Below are positions 1 through 8,430 of a DNA stretch of 32,000 nucleotides, one piece after another; positions within the stretch are counted from its first letter, which is position 1, and each line of letters starts with the position of its first letter. The stretch covers positions 120,001-152,000 of the forward strand of contig CP064993.1 in assembly GCA_016699955.1 (NCBI GenBank), in the 5' to 3' direction. The position numbers and the translations under genes are program-made. The DNA is from Candidatus Saccharimonadota bacterium. Lineage in GTDB: Bacteria > Patescibacteriota > Saccharimonadia > Saccharimonadales > UBA4665. A model generated the notes under the pieces. The model saw only the letters and a list, made by a program, of their open reading frames with translations. It searched no databases and was not told where the DNA came from.

Positions 1-2313
1 GCTGGCGCCAATGCGAAAATCAACGAGTGATAGTAACGGAGTGGCGTTAGAAACTTCGGTACTTGCGCCGGCCACTGCCTGCCGCTCTGCGACAATACGG
101 TACAATGCGCCGTCGCGGGCGTAATAGAGATCGCCCATGCTATTGATTGCAACCTGTGAACCGCTTGCAATCACGGTGTCATGAAAGTCACTAAGACGTA
201 TTTGCATGATTTTACCGCTCACAGAGGCGTAAAGCTCGCCTTGGTGGAAAACAAGGTTTCCCGGAGCAGCGGTGTCATAAAATGCTTTCGTCTGAACCAC
301 GGTTTTTGTTACCGTGTCTAGCTCAAACAAAGTGTTACCGGCAACGCCGTACAAATGTCCGTTTGGCCCAACGGCAAGGCTTGAGATACTTTTTGCTTTA
401 GGCACTGGCGTTAGGCGCGCAGTGACGCTGCGGCTGTTTATGTCAAACGCAACGAGCGTCGCCCCACCTGAACTAGTTTCTTTCGCTTGTGGCACTGAGC
501 CACCAGCGTAAACCGTTCCGCCCAAAAACACAGCACTTGCAAGCACCTGATCGGTCAGTATTGGCTGAGCCGAGACTTCGACTCTGTTTGTGGAGGTGTT
601 GTATAGCCCTAGCGCTGCACTTGGCGTTTGACCCACTTGGCTGAGACCAAACGCAACCAGCTTGTTCCCTGCCTGCACCAGTGTTGTCACACTCCCAGCG
701 CCTACTGATACGCTGTTTTCAAACCTGGGCGTACTCGTTTCATGACTTGGATCATACCGGGCAATGGTGCCCTCGCTCGTACCGGCGTAAACACCTGCTC
801 CTGACGGCAGTAGAGCGGTTGTAGCACCACGGGAACTCGCAATCATTTTCCGGAGTGTTGTTTTGTCACGGTCAAGCTGAAGCGTCGTTGCACGAGTCGT
901 ACTCGCGGCGGCGTACACCGTGTCGTCCGGCGCGACTACCAACGCCGAAACCGGCTGATAGCCCCCTACTAGTGGCGAAGGTGTTGCCACCTCAACCTTA
1001 CGGGTCGTAGACCGAGCAATGCCTAGTCTGCCTTCTGGACTGTAGACTACGCAGCGCGTAGCGTCTATCCAGCAGTTTCCGCTAACTGGTTGCAAAGCAT
1101 GGTCAGTGCCAAAACTGGTGGTCGACTTCACAGCCGCGTCATACTGCTTGAGCGCTCCGTAGTAGATGTGTGACGGCACAACTTCGGGCACAACCGCTAC
1201 AGTTGGCTGGGTTTGGGTTGCCTGGGCTGGCACCGCGTTCGCTGGCGCTGGAGTCGTTTGTGACGGTGCATCCGGTTTTGTCTCTGCCGTACGTGTACTG
1301 TTTTGGTTGCCGTTCTGGGTAGTAACGGTACCCGTTTGAGACTGCGTAGGCGGTTGGTTGGCGGTAGGTTCGGTTTGGGGCACTTGTTGCGGCGTGATTT
1401 GTTCCGGCTGCGCTACGGGTTTTTCCGATACTACTGGCGCTGGTGCTGGCTTTGGTAGCGGAAATGGTAGCGATACTCGTCCAAAAACGGGTTGGCTGTC
1501 TACTAGCTGCAACGTTTTAAGGTTATAGGCCAATGTTTGGGCGCTCACTCCGGTTGCTGTGACGTAAAGATACTCTCCGGAGATGGCATCTACTTTTAAG
1601 CTGGTTGTACCGGTAGGTAAACCCGCTAGACTCAGCTGTTGCCCGGAACCGCCAGATGCCGCAAATACCGATATCGATGGGCTAGCGCTGCTGCCAGTAA
1701 AGAGCTTGTTGTCGTAGTAGGCTAAACCGCTGGCTTGCGGCACCTGACCAACTTGACGCCAGTCCGCCGTGACGGGGTTAAATCCATATATGTACTCACC
1801 GCCAGTTGCCCTAGCGGTAACATACACCGTGGTTGGGTCGCCTCCTGTAGTAGCAGTGCCAAAGGAAAGGCCGCTAACCGCTGGTACAGTTTGTTCGATG
1901 ACGGTCAGCTTGTCTGGATCTACATCGTAAACAAACCCCGTCGACGTGCCAATAAAGACATGTCGATTTGGCAGAGTTGCGTAGGCTTCGGCGCTGACGT
2001 AAGCGCCGTCTTTGCGTTGCTCTTCCCAGTAAACACGCTTCATTGTCTGTAAGTTAATTATTTGCAGCGGCGCATTTATGCCTGCGGGCATTGTTACCGC
2101 ATAAGCAACCCCCTTACTGTCTTTTGTCACTCCCATACCGCCAATGTTTGTAGCAACAAATGGCTTTGCAGCAATACGTTCTTCTTGAGCCTGCGCGTAA
2201 ACGAGTGTAGCGGCGAGCTGTAGCAGCAGCCAACTCAGGGCGAAAAGCCCGTACCCCAGCAGGATAAGACGTTTTTTCGCCATACAGCGAACTGAGAGAG
2301 AGCTTTTTTTCAT
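1..2313 (-). CDS. Secreted repeat protein (two beta-propeller-like halves joined by a Pro/Thr/Gln-rich linker); its C-terminal end lies beyond the left window edge
   Basis: Absent from the ORF track because no stop lies in the window. Reading the minus strand in the frame of plus triplets 1-3, 4-6 ..., I found no TTA/CTA/TCA from 1 to 2316; an in-frame stop sits at 2317-2319. ATG at 2313 (or 2283) gives MKKSSLSVRCMAKKRLILLGYGLFALSWLLLQLAATLVYAQA, which looks like a signal peptide. Recurrent G-x-[VL]-Y-[VA] strand-like motifs flank a low-complexity linker PKPAPAPVVSEKPVAQPEQITPQQVPQTEPTANQPPTQSQT (about 1190-1460). Confidence 0.7.
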   Translation of the reverse strand, partial: MKKSSLSVRCMAKKRLILLGYGLFALSWLLLQLAATLVYAQAQEERIAAKPFVATNIGGMGVTKDSKGVAYAVTMPAGINAPLQIINLQTMKRVYWEEQRKDGAYVSAEAYATLPNRHVFIGTSTGFVYDVDPDKLTVIEQTVPAVSGLSFGTATTGGDPTTVYVTARATGGEYIYGFNPVTADWRQVGQVPQASGLAYYDNKLFTGSSASPSISVFAASGGSGQQLSLAGLPTGTTSLKVDAISGEYLYVTATGVSAQTLAYNLKTLQLVDSQPVFGRVSLPFPLPKPAPAPVVSEKPVAQPEQITPQQVPQTEPTANQPPTQSQTGTVTTQNGNQNSTRTAETKPDAPSQTTPAPANAVPAQATQTQPTVAVVPEVVPSHIYYGALKQYDAAVKSTTSFGTDHALQPVSGNCWIDATRCVVYSPEGRLGIARSTTRKVEVATPSPLVGGYQPVSALVVAPDDTVYAAASTTRATTLQLDRDKTTLRKMIASSRGATTALLPSGAGVYAGTSEGTIARYDPSHETSTPRFENSVSVGAGSVTTLVQAGNKLVAFGLSQVGQTPSAALGLYNTSTNRVEVSAQPILTDQVLASAVFLGGTVYAGGSVPQAKETSSGGATLVAFDINSRSVTARLTPVPKAKSISSLAVGPNGHLYGVAGNTLFELDTVTKTVVQTKAFYDTAAPGNLVFHQGELYASVSGKIMQIRLSDFHDTVIASGSQVAINSMGDLYYARDGALYRIVAERQAVAGASTEVSNATPLLSLVDFRIGAS

Positions 2314-2513
2314 ATTTTATTTCTGTTTATTGTTTATGTGTGGTTTTGTACTTTTTATTATAAGTAGTACTCGCTTATGGTAGCAGGCAATAAATAGCCC
2401 GTCAAGTTGTAAGCACAACTTCTTTGGTTTGTTGTATATTTTACTCTAAATTACCCGCGCCTTAAGGCGCTATGAAAGGTGCTTACACCGGGTTGTTAGT
2501 TAAATGCTCACCG

Positions 2514-3647
2514 CTAGGTGGCGATGCCGCCGCCTAGGACGCGCGTGTTGTCGTAAAGGACGGCAGACTGGCCAGGAGTAACAGCGCGAACAGCTTGCTC
2601 CAGGTGAAGCTCGCCTCTGTTATTTTGGTCATCCTGGGTGAATGTTGCCGGAACAAGCTCAGCTCGGTACCGTGTCCTGACCTGATACGTCTTACCCGGC
2701 TGAGGCGGTTCGTTTATCCAATGCAGCTCAGCCAGGTGTAGTGTGTCGCACCATAAACCTGAATCTTGCAGGTCGGTCGTAACATACACCTCGTTTTTTG
2801 CCATGTTTTTGCCAGTGACATAGTATGGCAGACCACCGCCTACCCCAAGTCCCTGTCTCTGCCCAATAGTATAAAAGATGGCACCGTCATGCTCGCCAAT
2901 ACGAACACAATTTTGGTCGAGGATATCACCGTGTGGCTGCTCGCCAAGTTCATGCAACAGAAAGTCCTTTATACCCACCTTGCCGACAAAGCATATCCCC
3001 TGGCTATCCTTTTTACGAGCTGTTGCGAGACCGCGTTTTTCGGCCTCTGCGCGCACCTCTGCTTTTGTCGTAAACTCGCCGATTGGCATGAGGCTACGTC
3101 CGAGCGCCTCTTTGGTAACGCGGTAAAGGAAGTAGGTCTGGTCTTTGTCAAGATTTGCAGCCATATGCAGTGAGGCCGCGTTGGGCGCCGCCGAACTGGG
3201 CACTACTCGGGCGTAGTGGCCGGTAGCAATCATGTCGGCTCCATCAGCGAGAGCCGCTTCTAGAAACAGCTTAAATTTCACTTCTTGGTTGCACATAATG
3301 TCTGGGTTCGGCGTGATACCACGCTGGTATCCATCAAGCATGTAGTCGACCACCTTTTCACGATATTCCGCTTCAAAATCATAAAGTTTAAAAGGTATGC
3401 CCAGCTGCACGGCGACACGCTTGGCATCTTGGTAGTCTTCTTGCCAGGGGCATTTCATGCCAGGCAGATCCTGACTCCAATTCTTCATATACACCCCAGT
3501 GACATCGTAGCCCTGCTCGACAAGCAATGCCGCTGTGAGCGAACTGTCTACCCCCCCGCTCAACCCAACAAATACACGCATATCGCACCAGCCAGCCTGC
3601 TTGCCGGCAGAGCCGTCAACACTGCTGGCTTCTTTAAACTCCTGCAC
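2514..3647 (-). CDS. mnmA: tRNA-specific 2-thiouridylase MnmA (tRNA U34 2-thiolation)
   Basis: PP-loop motif MRVFVGLSGGVDSSLTAALL, then YMKNW, GHYAR, QTYFL, SQGICFVG and a C-terminal RYR...PGQSAVLYD block, all typical of MnmA/TrmU. The track start at 3647 is a GTG (plus strand cac). The ATG at 3581 (MRVFVGLSGG) is an equally plausible start. Confidence 0.9.
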   Translation of the reverse strand: MQEFKEASSVDGSAGKQAGWCDMRVFVGLSGGVDSSLTAALLVEQGYDVTGVYMKNWSQDLPGMKCPWQEDYQDAKRVAVQLGIPFKLYDFEAEYREKVVDYMLDGYQRGITPNPDIMCNQEVKFKLFLEAALADGADMIATGHYARVVPSSAAPNAASLHMAANLDKDQTYFLYRVTKEALGRSLMPIGEFTTKAEVRAEAEKRGLATARKKDSQGICFVGKVGIKDFLLHELGEQPHGDILDQNCVRIGEHDGAIFYTIGQRQGLGVGGGLPYYVTGKNMAKNEVYVTTDLQDSGLWCDTLHLAELHWINEPPQPGKTYQVRTRYRAELVPATFTQDDQNNRGELHLEQAVRAVTPGQSAVLYDNTRVLGGGIAT

Positions 3648-3828
3648 ATTTTTCCTTTCCAGTACCCTCTCGCCTTACCTTAAGTACGGCTCGTTCCGTG
3701 CTTCGAGGAGAAAATGCACATGGACTCAAAGTGCGAAATGCGTGATGGACTTTCATACTACCTATGATACAGAGTTAAAAAGTTTTTTCATCAGGAAAAA
3801 ACAGTGTCTGGGCGCCGTAGGGCGAGCC

Positions 3829-4752
3829 TTACCTCTGAATTTCGTTGCCGTACATGCGAGACTGTTCCTCGAGCTGCCTGTGAATGGCTGATAATTCGTA
3901 GCGCTTACCAACCCAAAACATTGCAAGCAGTAGCGGCAGCATGAAAAGTAGCGGCCACCAGATATAAACGACCTTTGTCGTGCCGCCACCGTTTGTACCA
4001 CCCTTGCTGCCTGTAGTACTCTGCGTAACATCCCCTGCCCCAACACCGACAAGCTGCAAAAATGCAGTGGCACCGGTAACATCTGTTGCTTTAACGACAA
4101 CCCTATAAATACCTGCTGATTTGTAAGTATGAGTGATATCAAACGTCCCCGCAAACGGTTGACTTTTTAGGTCGGCAGCAGTGCCATCTCCCCAGTCTAC
4201 GGTGATGGCATACGGTCCGCTACCGCCGCTGAGTATAATTGGCCATGTTAGAGACTGCCCAACCGGCGCGCCGAGTTTTGCCAAGTTACTTAGGAGGCTA
4301 ATTCGCTGACCAAAGGCTGCAAACTGATTATCCTGAAACGTCACCGTTACTTTGTTACTGTCTGGACCAGCTTGGTCAAGAGCATCGTACACCCGCGCAA
4401 TTAGGTCGTTTTGGCCGCCAAATAGGTCTACCTGGATACTGTAGCTCCCCCCTGCACAATCGGCCGAACCAATAAAAATGTCGTTGCTAAAAATTTTAAC
4501 TAGCAGCCCCGTCTTGCAGAGACCACTCACCGTTATCGGGATAGCGTCAAATGTCCGGCCTGATATTGGTGACGATATTGTCGCCGGCGTTGTTGGAGCA
4601 GGACTTGGAATCTTACCCTGTAAGCCGGTTGTGCCCGATTGGGTGGGGTTAGGGCTTCCCAACTGACCGTAGACCGGGGCGACCAAACTGATGCAAAGCA
4701 GAATGCTAAGTATGAGAAAAGGAAGGATGCGTATTGTTCGTTTTAGTGTCAT
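3829..4752 (-). CDS. Surface protein with N-terminal signal peptide, Ig-like region, PKD domain and C-terminal transmembrane anchor
   Basis: Signal peptide MTLKRTIRILPFLILSILLCISLVAPVYGQ. PKD-type signature ITVDWGDGTAADL...FDITHTYKSAGIYRVVVKATDVTGATA. C-terminal hydrophobic helix VVYIWWPLLFMLPLLLAMFWVGKRY followed by a charged tail. Confidence 0.75.
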   Translation of the reverse strand: MTLKRTIRILPFLILSILLCISLVAPVYGQLGSPNPTQSGTTGLQGKIPSPAPTTPATISSPISGRTFDAIPITVSGLCKTGLLVKIFSNDIFIGSADCAGGSYSIQVDLFGGQNDLIARVYDALDQAGPDSNKVTVTFQDNQFAAFGQRISLLSNLAKLGAPVGQSLTWPIILSGGSGPYAITVDWGDGTAADLKSQPFAGTFDITHTYKSAGIYRVVVKATDVTGATAFLQLVGVGAGDVTQSTTGSKGGTNGGGTTKVVYIWWPLLFMLPLLLAMFWVGKRYELSAIHRQLEEQSRMYGNEIQR

Positions 4753-4823
4753 ACTTTCGCGCTCATGTTTACCTTTAGCATAACGGAAACTTTGAACAAG
4801 TCATAGCCTTTGAGCTACTTTTT

Positions 4824-5819
4824 TTACCGACGATTTGCCTTTCGCACAACCTTTGCATTGTAGCGCTTGATTGCCCTTGGCAAGCCAATGATTGCTCCGA
4901 TTAGCCCCGCCAAAAGTAGAAGCCCAATAATAATGAAAGTCAGCGGAATCACCGTAAAGCTAGTTTTACCACTGAGGAGCTGGCCGTTTGCACCATAGCC
5001 AAAGTTGCCCTCAACAGTGTATTTACCCCACAGGCCGACTTTATCAAGCTTGACGCTAAATCGGCGGACGCTATCTGGTAGAACATTCCCCTTTGGCTCG
5101 CTGCTGTTTATTTCCACTGTTTGGACGATTTTTCCGCCTTTTTTCAAGACAACCTTACCAAATGGCTGCTCGTGCGCGTTGCCGTTGTTGGTAAACCGCG
5201 CAACAGCATAGAGGTTTTTATTGGAGGTGAAAAATGAGCTTCCTTTGTCTGCTTCTTCGCTTGTGCGAACATCAAAACTAGTCAGCTTCATGTTTTCTAT
5301 GATGTCACCGGGCACTTTCACGAGCATAAGCGAGCCAACACTGGCTGCAAGCGTAATATTGCGCCCCTGCTTACCTGATACAGGCAGGAATCGCACTGCG
5401 CCGTAGTAGCCACCAGCGGCAGCATCTTTAGGAATTGTGATTGTCACGGTTATTGTTTTGGACTTGCCGGAGGGCACAGTAACATTTGTCAGAGGACTTA
5501 TGTAACGCTTTAGACTATGACTCGGCGCAAATTTGTCGGCATCTAGGATTAGTGCTGGCTGTCCGAATTCGTCTTTGCCGGCAACAAAATCGTTGATAAC
5601 TGCTTGATATTCCGTCTCGGCGCCAGTAATGTTATTGACCGTGACATTTACTGTACGCACGCTGCCTGGCGCCATCACTAAGTCGGTTCTAACAGGCGAA
5701 ACGCGCAAACCACTTGCCGCGTCCTTTTGCTGCGCAAATGCTTGTGGCGCAAGAATTGCTATATTAAAAACAGTGGTGAGCGCCAGAAGTATCGCTGTAA
5801 ATCGTAACGTATAACGCAT
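4824..5819 (-). CDS. DUF916/DUF3324-like (CscA-like) cell-surface protein with C-terminal transmembrane anchor and basic tail
   Basis: The track ORF extends to 5849. I prefer the ATG at 5819 because it is preceded by AAGAGGGAAAT (Shine-Dalgarno) and gives a clean signal peptide MRYTLRFTAILLALTTVFNIAILAPQAFAQ. Two Ig-like halves: LRVSPVRTDLVMAPGSVRTVNVTVNNITG...GGYYGAVRF, then LMLVKVPGD...ARFTNNGNAHEQPFGKVVL...GKYTVEGNF. These are followed by the helix FIIIGLLLLAGLIGAIIGL and RAIKRYNAKVVRKANRR. This matches the remembered DUF916+DUF3324 architecture; not verified by HMM. Confidence 0.55.
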   Translation of the reverse strand: MRYTLRFTAILLALTTVFNIAILAPQAFAQQKDAASGLRVSPVRTDLVMAPGSVRTVNVTVNNITGAETEYQAVINDFVAGKDEFGQPALILDADKFAPSHSLKRYISPLTNVTVPSGKSKTITVTITIPKDAAAGGYYGAVRFLPVSGKQGRNITLAASVGSLMLVKVPGDIIENMKLTSFDVRTSEEADKGSSFFTSNKNLYAVARFTNNGNAHEQPFGKVVLKKGGKIVQTVEINSSEPKGNVLPDSVRRFSVKLDKVGLWGKYTVEGNFGYGANGQLLSGKTSFTVIPLTFIIIGLLLLAGLIGAIIGLPRAIKRYNAKVVRKANRR

Positions 5820-5880
5820 ATTTCCCTCTTTTTTTCTTATTATCTCCATTATGGTACCAGAAACGTAACCGTTTACAAAA

Positions 5881-5910
5881 GTGCTTTGTGGTGCTTTGTG
5901 GTGTTTTGTA
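5881..5910. repeat. Three tandem decamers GTGCTTTGTG GTGCTTTGTG GTGTTTTGTA
   Basis: Read directly from the sequence. Lies in the 161-nt gap between the 351-aa gene stop (5981) and the DUF916-like gene start, 60-90 nt upstream of the ATG at 5819. Confidence 0.8.
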
Positions 5911-5980
5911 GTCCTTCGTAAACTTTAAAGCCGCGTAACTAGTCCGTTTTTAGGCTGACTGGTGTGATATGCGTATCCGG

Positions 5981-7036
5981 CTAAAATGTGGCGTTTGCTA
6001 TGTAGGTAAACGTGCTCACATACACGCCTGGCGCCTGGTTAGCAGAAACATTAACTATGTAGGAAATAGTATACTTTGCTATGTCTGGGTTGATCGCTTG
6101 GACTAGTGTATCGCCATTGTTAAACATGTAGTAGTTGGGTTGGTTATAACTGGGAGCAATAGCAGATGAAATCAGCATGCCTTCCGGTTCTTGGCCAACA
6201 CTGGGCGCGCTATTTGCCCTAAGGTTGAGTCCAAATTGCGAAACACCCGTTCTGGAGACATCTGGACTAGCGAGCGCCGGGATGGTGTTGATGCCGGAGG
6301 TTAAAGTTGTACCTTGTGCGACAACCGTAAAGCCAAAGTCGGCGTTTGTGGCAACAATAAACTGCGTCTTTGCCGATGCCGTGCGGCTTGGCGCAAAATC
6401 TCCAAAGTCTATGTAATTTCCTTGGGCAGTGTTGCAATCTTGCCCCTGTATGGTGTTGGCTACACAAAACAGCAGATACGGCGGGACAACCGATTGCACA
6501 CTGACCGTGGCCGGCAATATGGCATACGCTAGGCCTGATCCATCTTTGCGAGGCCCCGTGGCGTCAATACTCGCAAAGGTTTCAAGCCTGCCATAGTACG
6601 TTCCTGCCGCTGAGGGATTAATAACAGACGCAATCTCAAACACAACTTGACCTGGAATACTCGCACCCGGTACTCTCGTTAAAATAAGCTCGTTGGCTGT
6701 TGTACTCGGGTGAATACTAAACCCAGTCATACCACTTTGTGCAATAAGCGCGGCGCCGAGGAAACTAAGCCCAGCTGGACCGCTGCACGGTTCTCCAGGA
6801 AACGGGTCTTCAATGCACAGTTGTAACCGGACTGAACCGACAAGACCAGCTGACTGCCCGGATAAACTTATCTTGTAGCGAGACGAGCTGCCTGCTACTG
6901 ATTCAGAAATTTGCAATTGCCTGCTCGCCAGGTTGGCAGCGACAACAGTTGATAAGGGCAGCGGCCCTGTTACGCTTAGTAACAAGGCCGCTACGAGACC
7001 GATTCCAGTTAGGGTGTGCAACCGGTTCAGGCGCAT
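5981..7036 (-). CDS. Secreted surface protein, paralogue family member (N-terminal module shared with the 409/410-aa proteins, C-terminal module shared with the 255-aa protein)
   Basis: ATG preceded by GGAGATATAATTC. Signal peptide MRLNRLHTLTGIGLVAALLLSVTGPLPLSTVVAA. Paired cysteines (LCIEDPFPGEPC, FCVANTIQGQDC). Shares YYGRLETFA with FYGRITTYA, QFGLNLRANSAPSVG with QFGLNLRNNATPNVG, and YTISYIVNVSANQAPGVYVSTFTYIANATF-stop with the neighbours. Confidence 0.8.
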   Translation of the reverse strand: MRLNRLHTLTGIGLVAALLLSVTGPLPLSTVVAANLASRQLQISESVAGSSSRYKISLSGQSAGLVGSVRLQLCIEDPFPGEPCSGPAGLSFLGAALIAQSGMTGFSIHPSTTANELILTRVPGASIPGQVVFEIASVINPSAAGTYYGRLETFASIDATGPRKDGSGLAYAILPATVSVQSVVPPYLLFCVANTIQGQDCNTAQGNYIDFGDFAPSRTASAKTQFIVATNADFGFTVVAQGTTLTSGINTIPALASPDVSRTGVSQFGLNLRANSAPSVGQEPEGMLISSAIAPSYNQPNYYMFNNGDTLVQAINPDIAKYTISYIVNVSANQAPGVYVSTFTYIANATF

Positions 7037-7061
7037 GAATTATATCTCCTCTGAGGTATCT

Positions 7062-8294
7062 TTAGAACGTACCGACTCCAATAAGGCTGAAGTATTCCGA
7101 ATAGATACCAGCTGGCGTTGTAGGTGAAGCAACCGCCGCAAATGTAATGGTGTTATTGACACTATTCGCCTGCTTCGGATCTCCACCACTGGTTTCAGCT
7201 ATTTTACTACCGTAGGTGCTGATGACGTTGTCATTGGCTGTGGCAGTGTCCATGATGTATGTGCTGCCTGCGCCAGACCAACGAGCGACTGCGGTGTTTG
7301 CGCCGGTACCGCCAGTTGCGGCCGTGCCGTTGCTTACGAAGGCACCGAATTCAGCTGTATTGTTTGTGAAAGCAATGGATGTTGCAGCACCAGAGTTAAT
7401 GGGAGGTATTTCACAGTTAGTACCACCGTCTCGGCTGAGGCCACCATTACCACCTGCACAGCTTGTGTTCGCGGCACGTAGGTACAGGGCATAGCCTTGT
7501 GAGGCGTTTGTGGAAAGCTGCGTGTAGATATTTGCTGAGGATGGGGTAGCTCCGGTGTAGCCCAGGACGTAGTCCGGTGAAGAACCAAGTGTAATAGCAG
7601 GGGCTGTTGCTGAGCCGCATGAGCTAGCAGCTGTCAAGTTATTGGCATTTGTAACAGCCACACCACCTGAGGTACAGAGCGACAATTGCTCCATGACGCG
7701 GGCGGTAACGGTGATAGTGTTAACCGTGCTCATGGCGACACCGCCGTAATCTACGTAGTTACCAGTGCTGGCTGCGCTAGCGTAAGTGCCGTAAGTAGCG
7801 TTTGCATAGGTAGTAATACGACCGTAGAAAGATCCGAGTGTGCTTGGGTTTGTAATGCCCGTAACTTCAAAGGTGAAAGCACCGGCAGATTGCGAGCTGG
7901 TATTTGTGAACTCCAAATGACCAGCCGTAAGTGTACCGAGCGACCAGGTGCCGTTTGCCGTTAGGCTGGCGGTAGAGACATCTAGGTCTGTTGGCGCCGT
8001 ACATGTGTCGTTAATGAGCGGCGAAGCGCTACAGAAATCGACAACAAAACTTTGCACGGCGGCTGCTGTTGTGAACTTAATTTTATAGGCAACGCTTGTA
8101 CCGCTACCGACACCACTAGGGATGTTGGCGTTGCCGCTGGGACCGGAATCGCTCAGCTGGATTGAGCGGAAGGTCAGCTGGGCGGCTGAGGCTTTTTGAT
8201 TGGTAACGAACACGGGAGCAACTGCTCCAACAAGTATCGCCGCAGCTGCAAACAAGGCGACTGGGCGCTTAAATGAGTTGCGAGTAATACTCAT
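7062..8294 (-). CDS. Secreted Ala/Thr/Ser/Gly/Asn-rich surface protein, tandem copy 1 (410 aa)
   Basis: ATG with GGAGA Shine-Dalgarno. Signal peptide ...AAAAILVGAVAPVFVTNQKASA. Three Cys pairs. C-terminus TTPAGIYSEYFSLIGVGTF-stop. Only 25 nt upstream of the next gene, so probably co-transcribed with it. Confidence 0.85.
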   Translation of the reverse strand: MSITRNSFKRPVALFAAAAILVGAVAPVFVTNQKASAAQLTFRSIQLSDSGPSGNANIPSGVGSGTSVAYKIKFTTAAAVQSFVVDFCSASPLINDTCTAPTDLDVSTASLTANGTWSLGTLTAGHLEFTNTSSQSAGAFTFEVTGITNPSTLGSFYGRITTYANATYGTYASAASTGNYVDYGGVAMSTVNTITVTARVMEQLSLCTSGGVAVTNANNLTAASSCGSATAPAITLGSSPDYVLGYTGATPSSANIYTQLSTNASQGYALYLRAANTSCAGGNGGLSRDGGTNCEIPPINSGAATSIAFTNNTAEFGAFVSNGTAATGGTGANTAVARWSGAGSTYIMDTATANDNVISTYGSKIAETSGGDPKQANSVNNTITFAAVASPTTPAGIYSEYFSLIGVGTF

Positions 8295-8353
8295 TATATC
8301 TCCTTAATTTTGTTTATTTTAGTAGTAACTTCAGAACTATACCACGCTTGTGT

Positions 8354-8389
8354 TTAAAAAAACAAGCCCCTTTTCAAGAAAGGGGCTTG
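8354..8389 (-). terminator. Rho-independent terminator downstream of the 8431..9660 gene
   Basis: Minus strand reads CAAGCCCCTTT-cttga-AAAGGGGCTTG followed by TTTTTTTAA. This is an 11-bp perfect stem, 42 nt after the stop codon. Confidence 0.75.
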
Positions 8390-8430
8390 GAGGCTGTGGA
8401 TAACTAGTTCGAGTCGAAACTCGCAATCGG

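Noticed and set aside
2424-2437. Recurring T/G-rich motif TTGGTTTGTTGTAT (2424-2437, 9720-9733, with variants at 20336-20352 and 23137-23150)
   Set aside because: It is short and low-complexity. Exact 13-mers are expected to recur by chance several times in 32 kb counting both strands. Only the two copies attached to the 20-nt palindromic element are treated as meaningful.
7062-8294. High density of N-x-S/T sequons (about 10 in 410 aa), suggesting N-glycosylation of the surface paralogues
   Set aside because: Asn, Ser and Thr are so abundant in these proteins that roughly this number is expected from composition alone. The sequence gives no evidence of a linked oligosaccharyltransferase.
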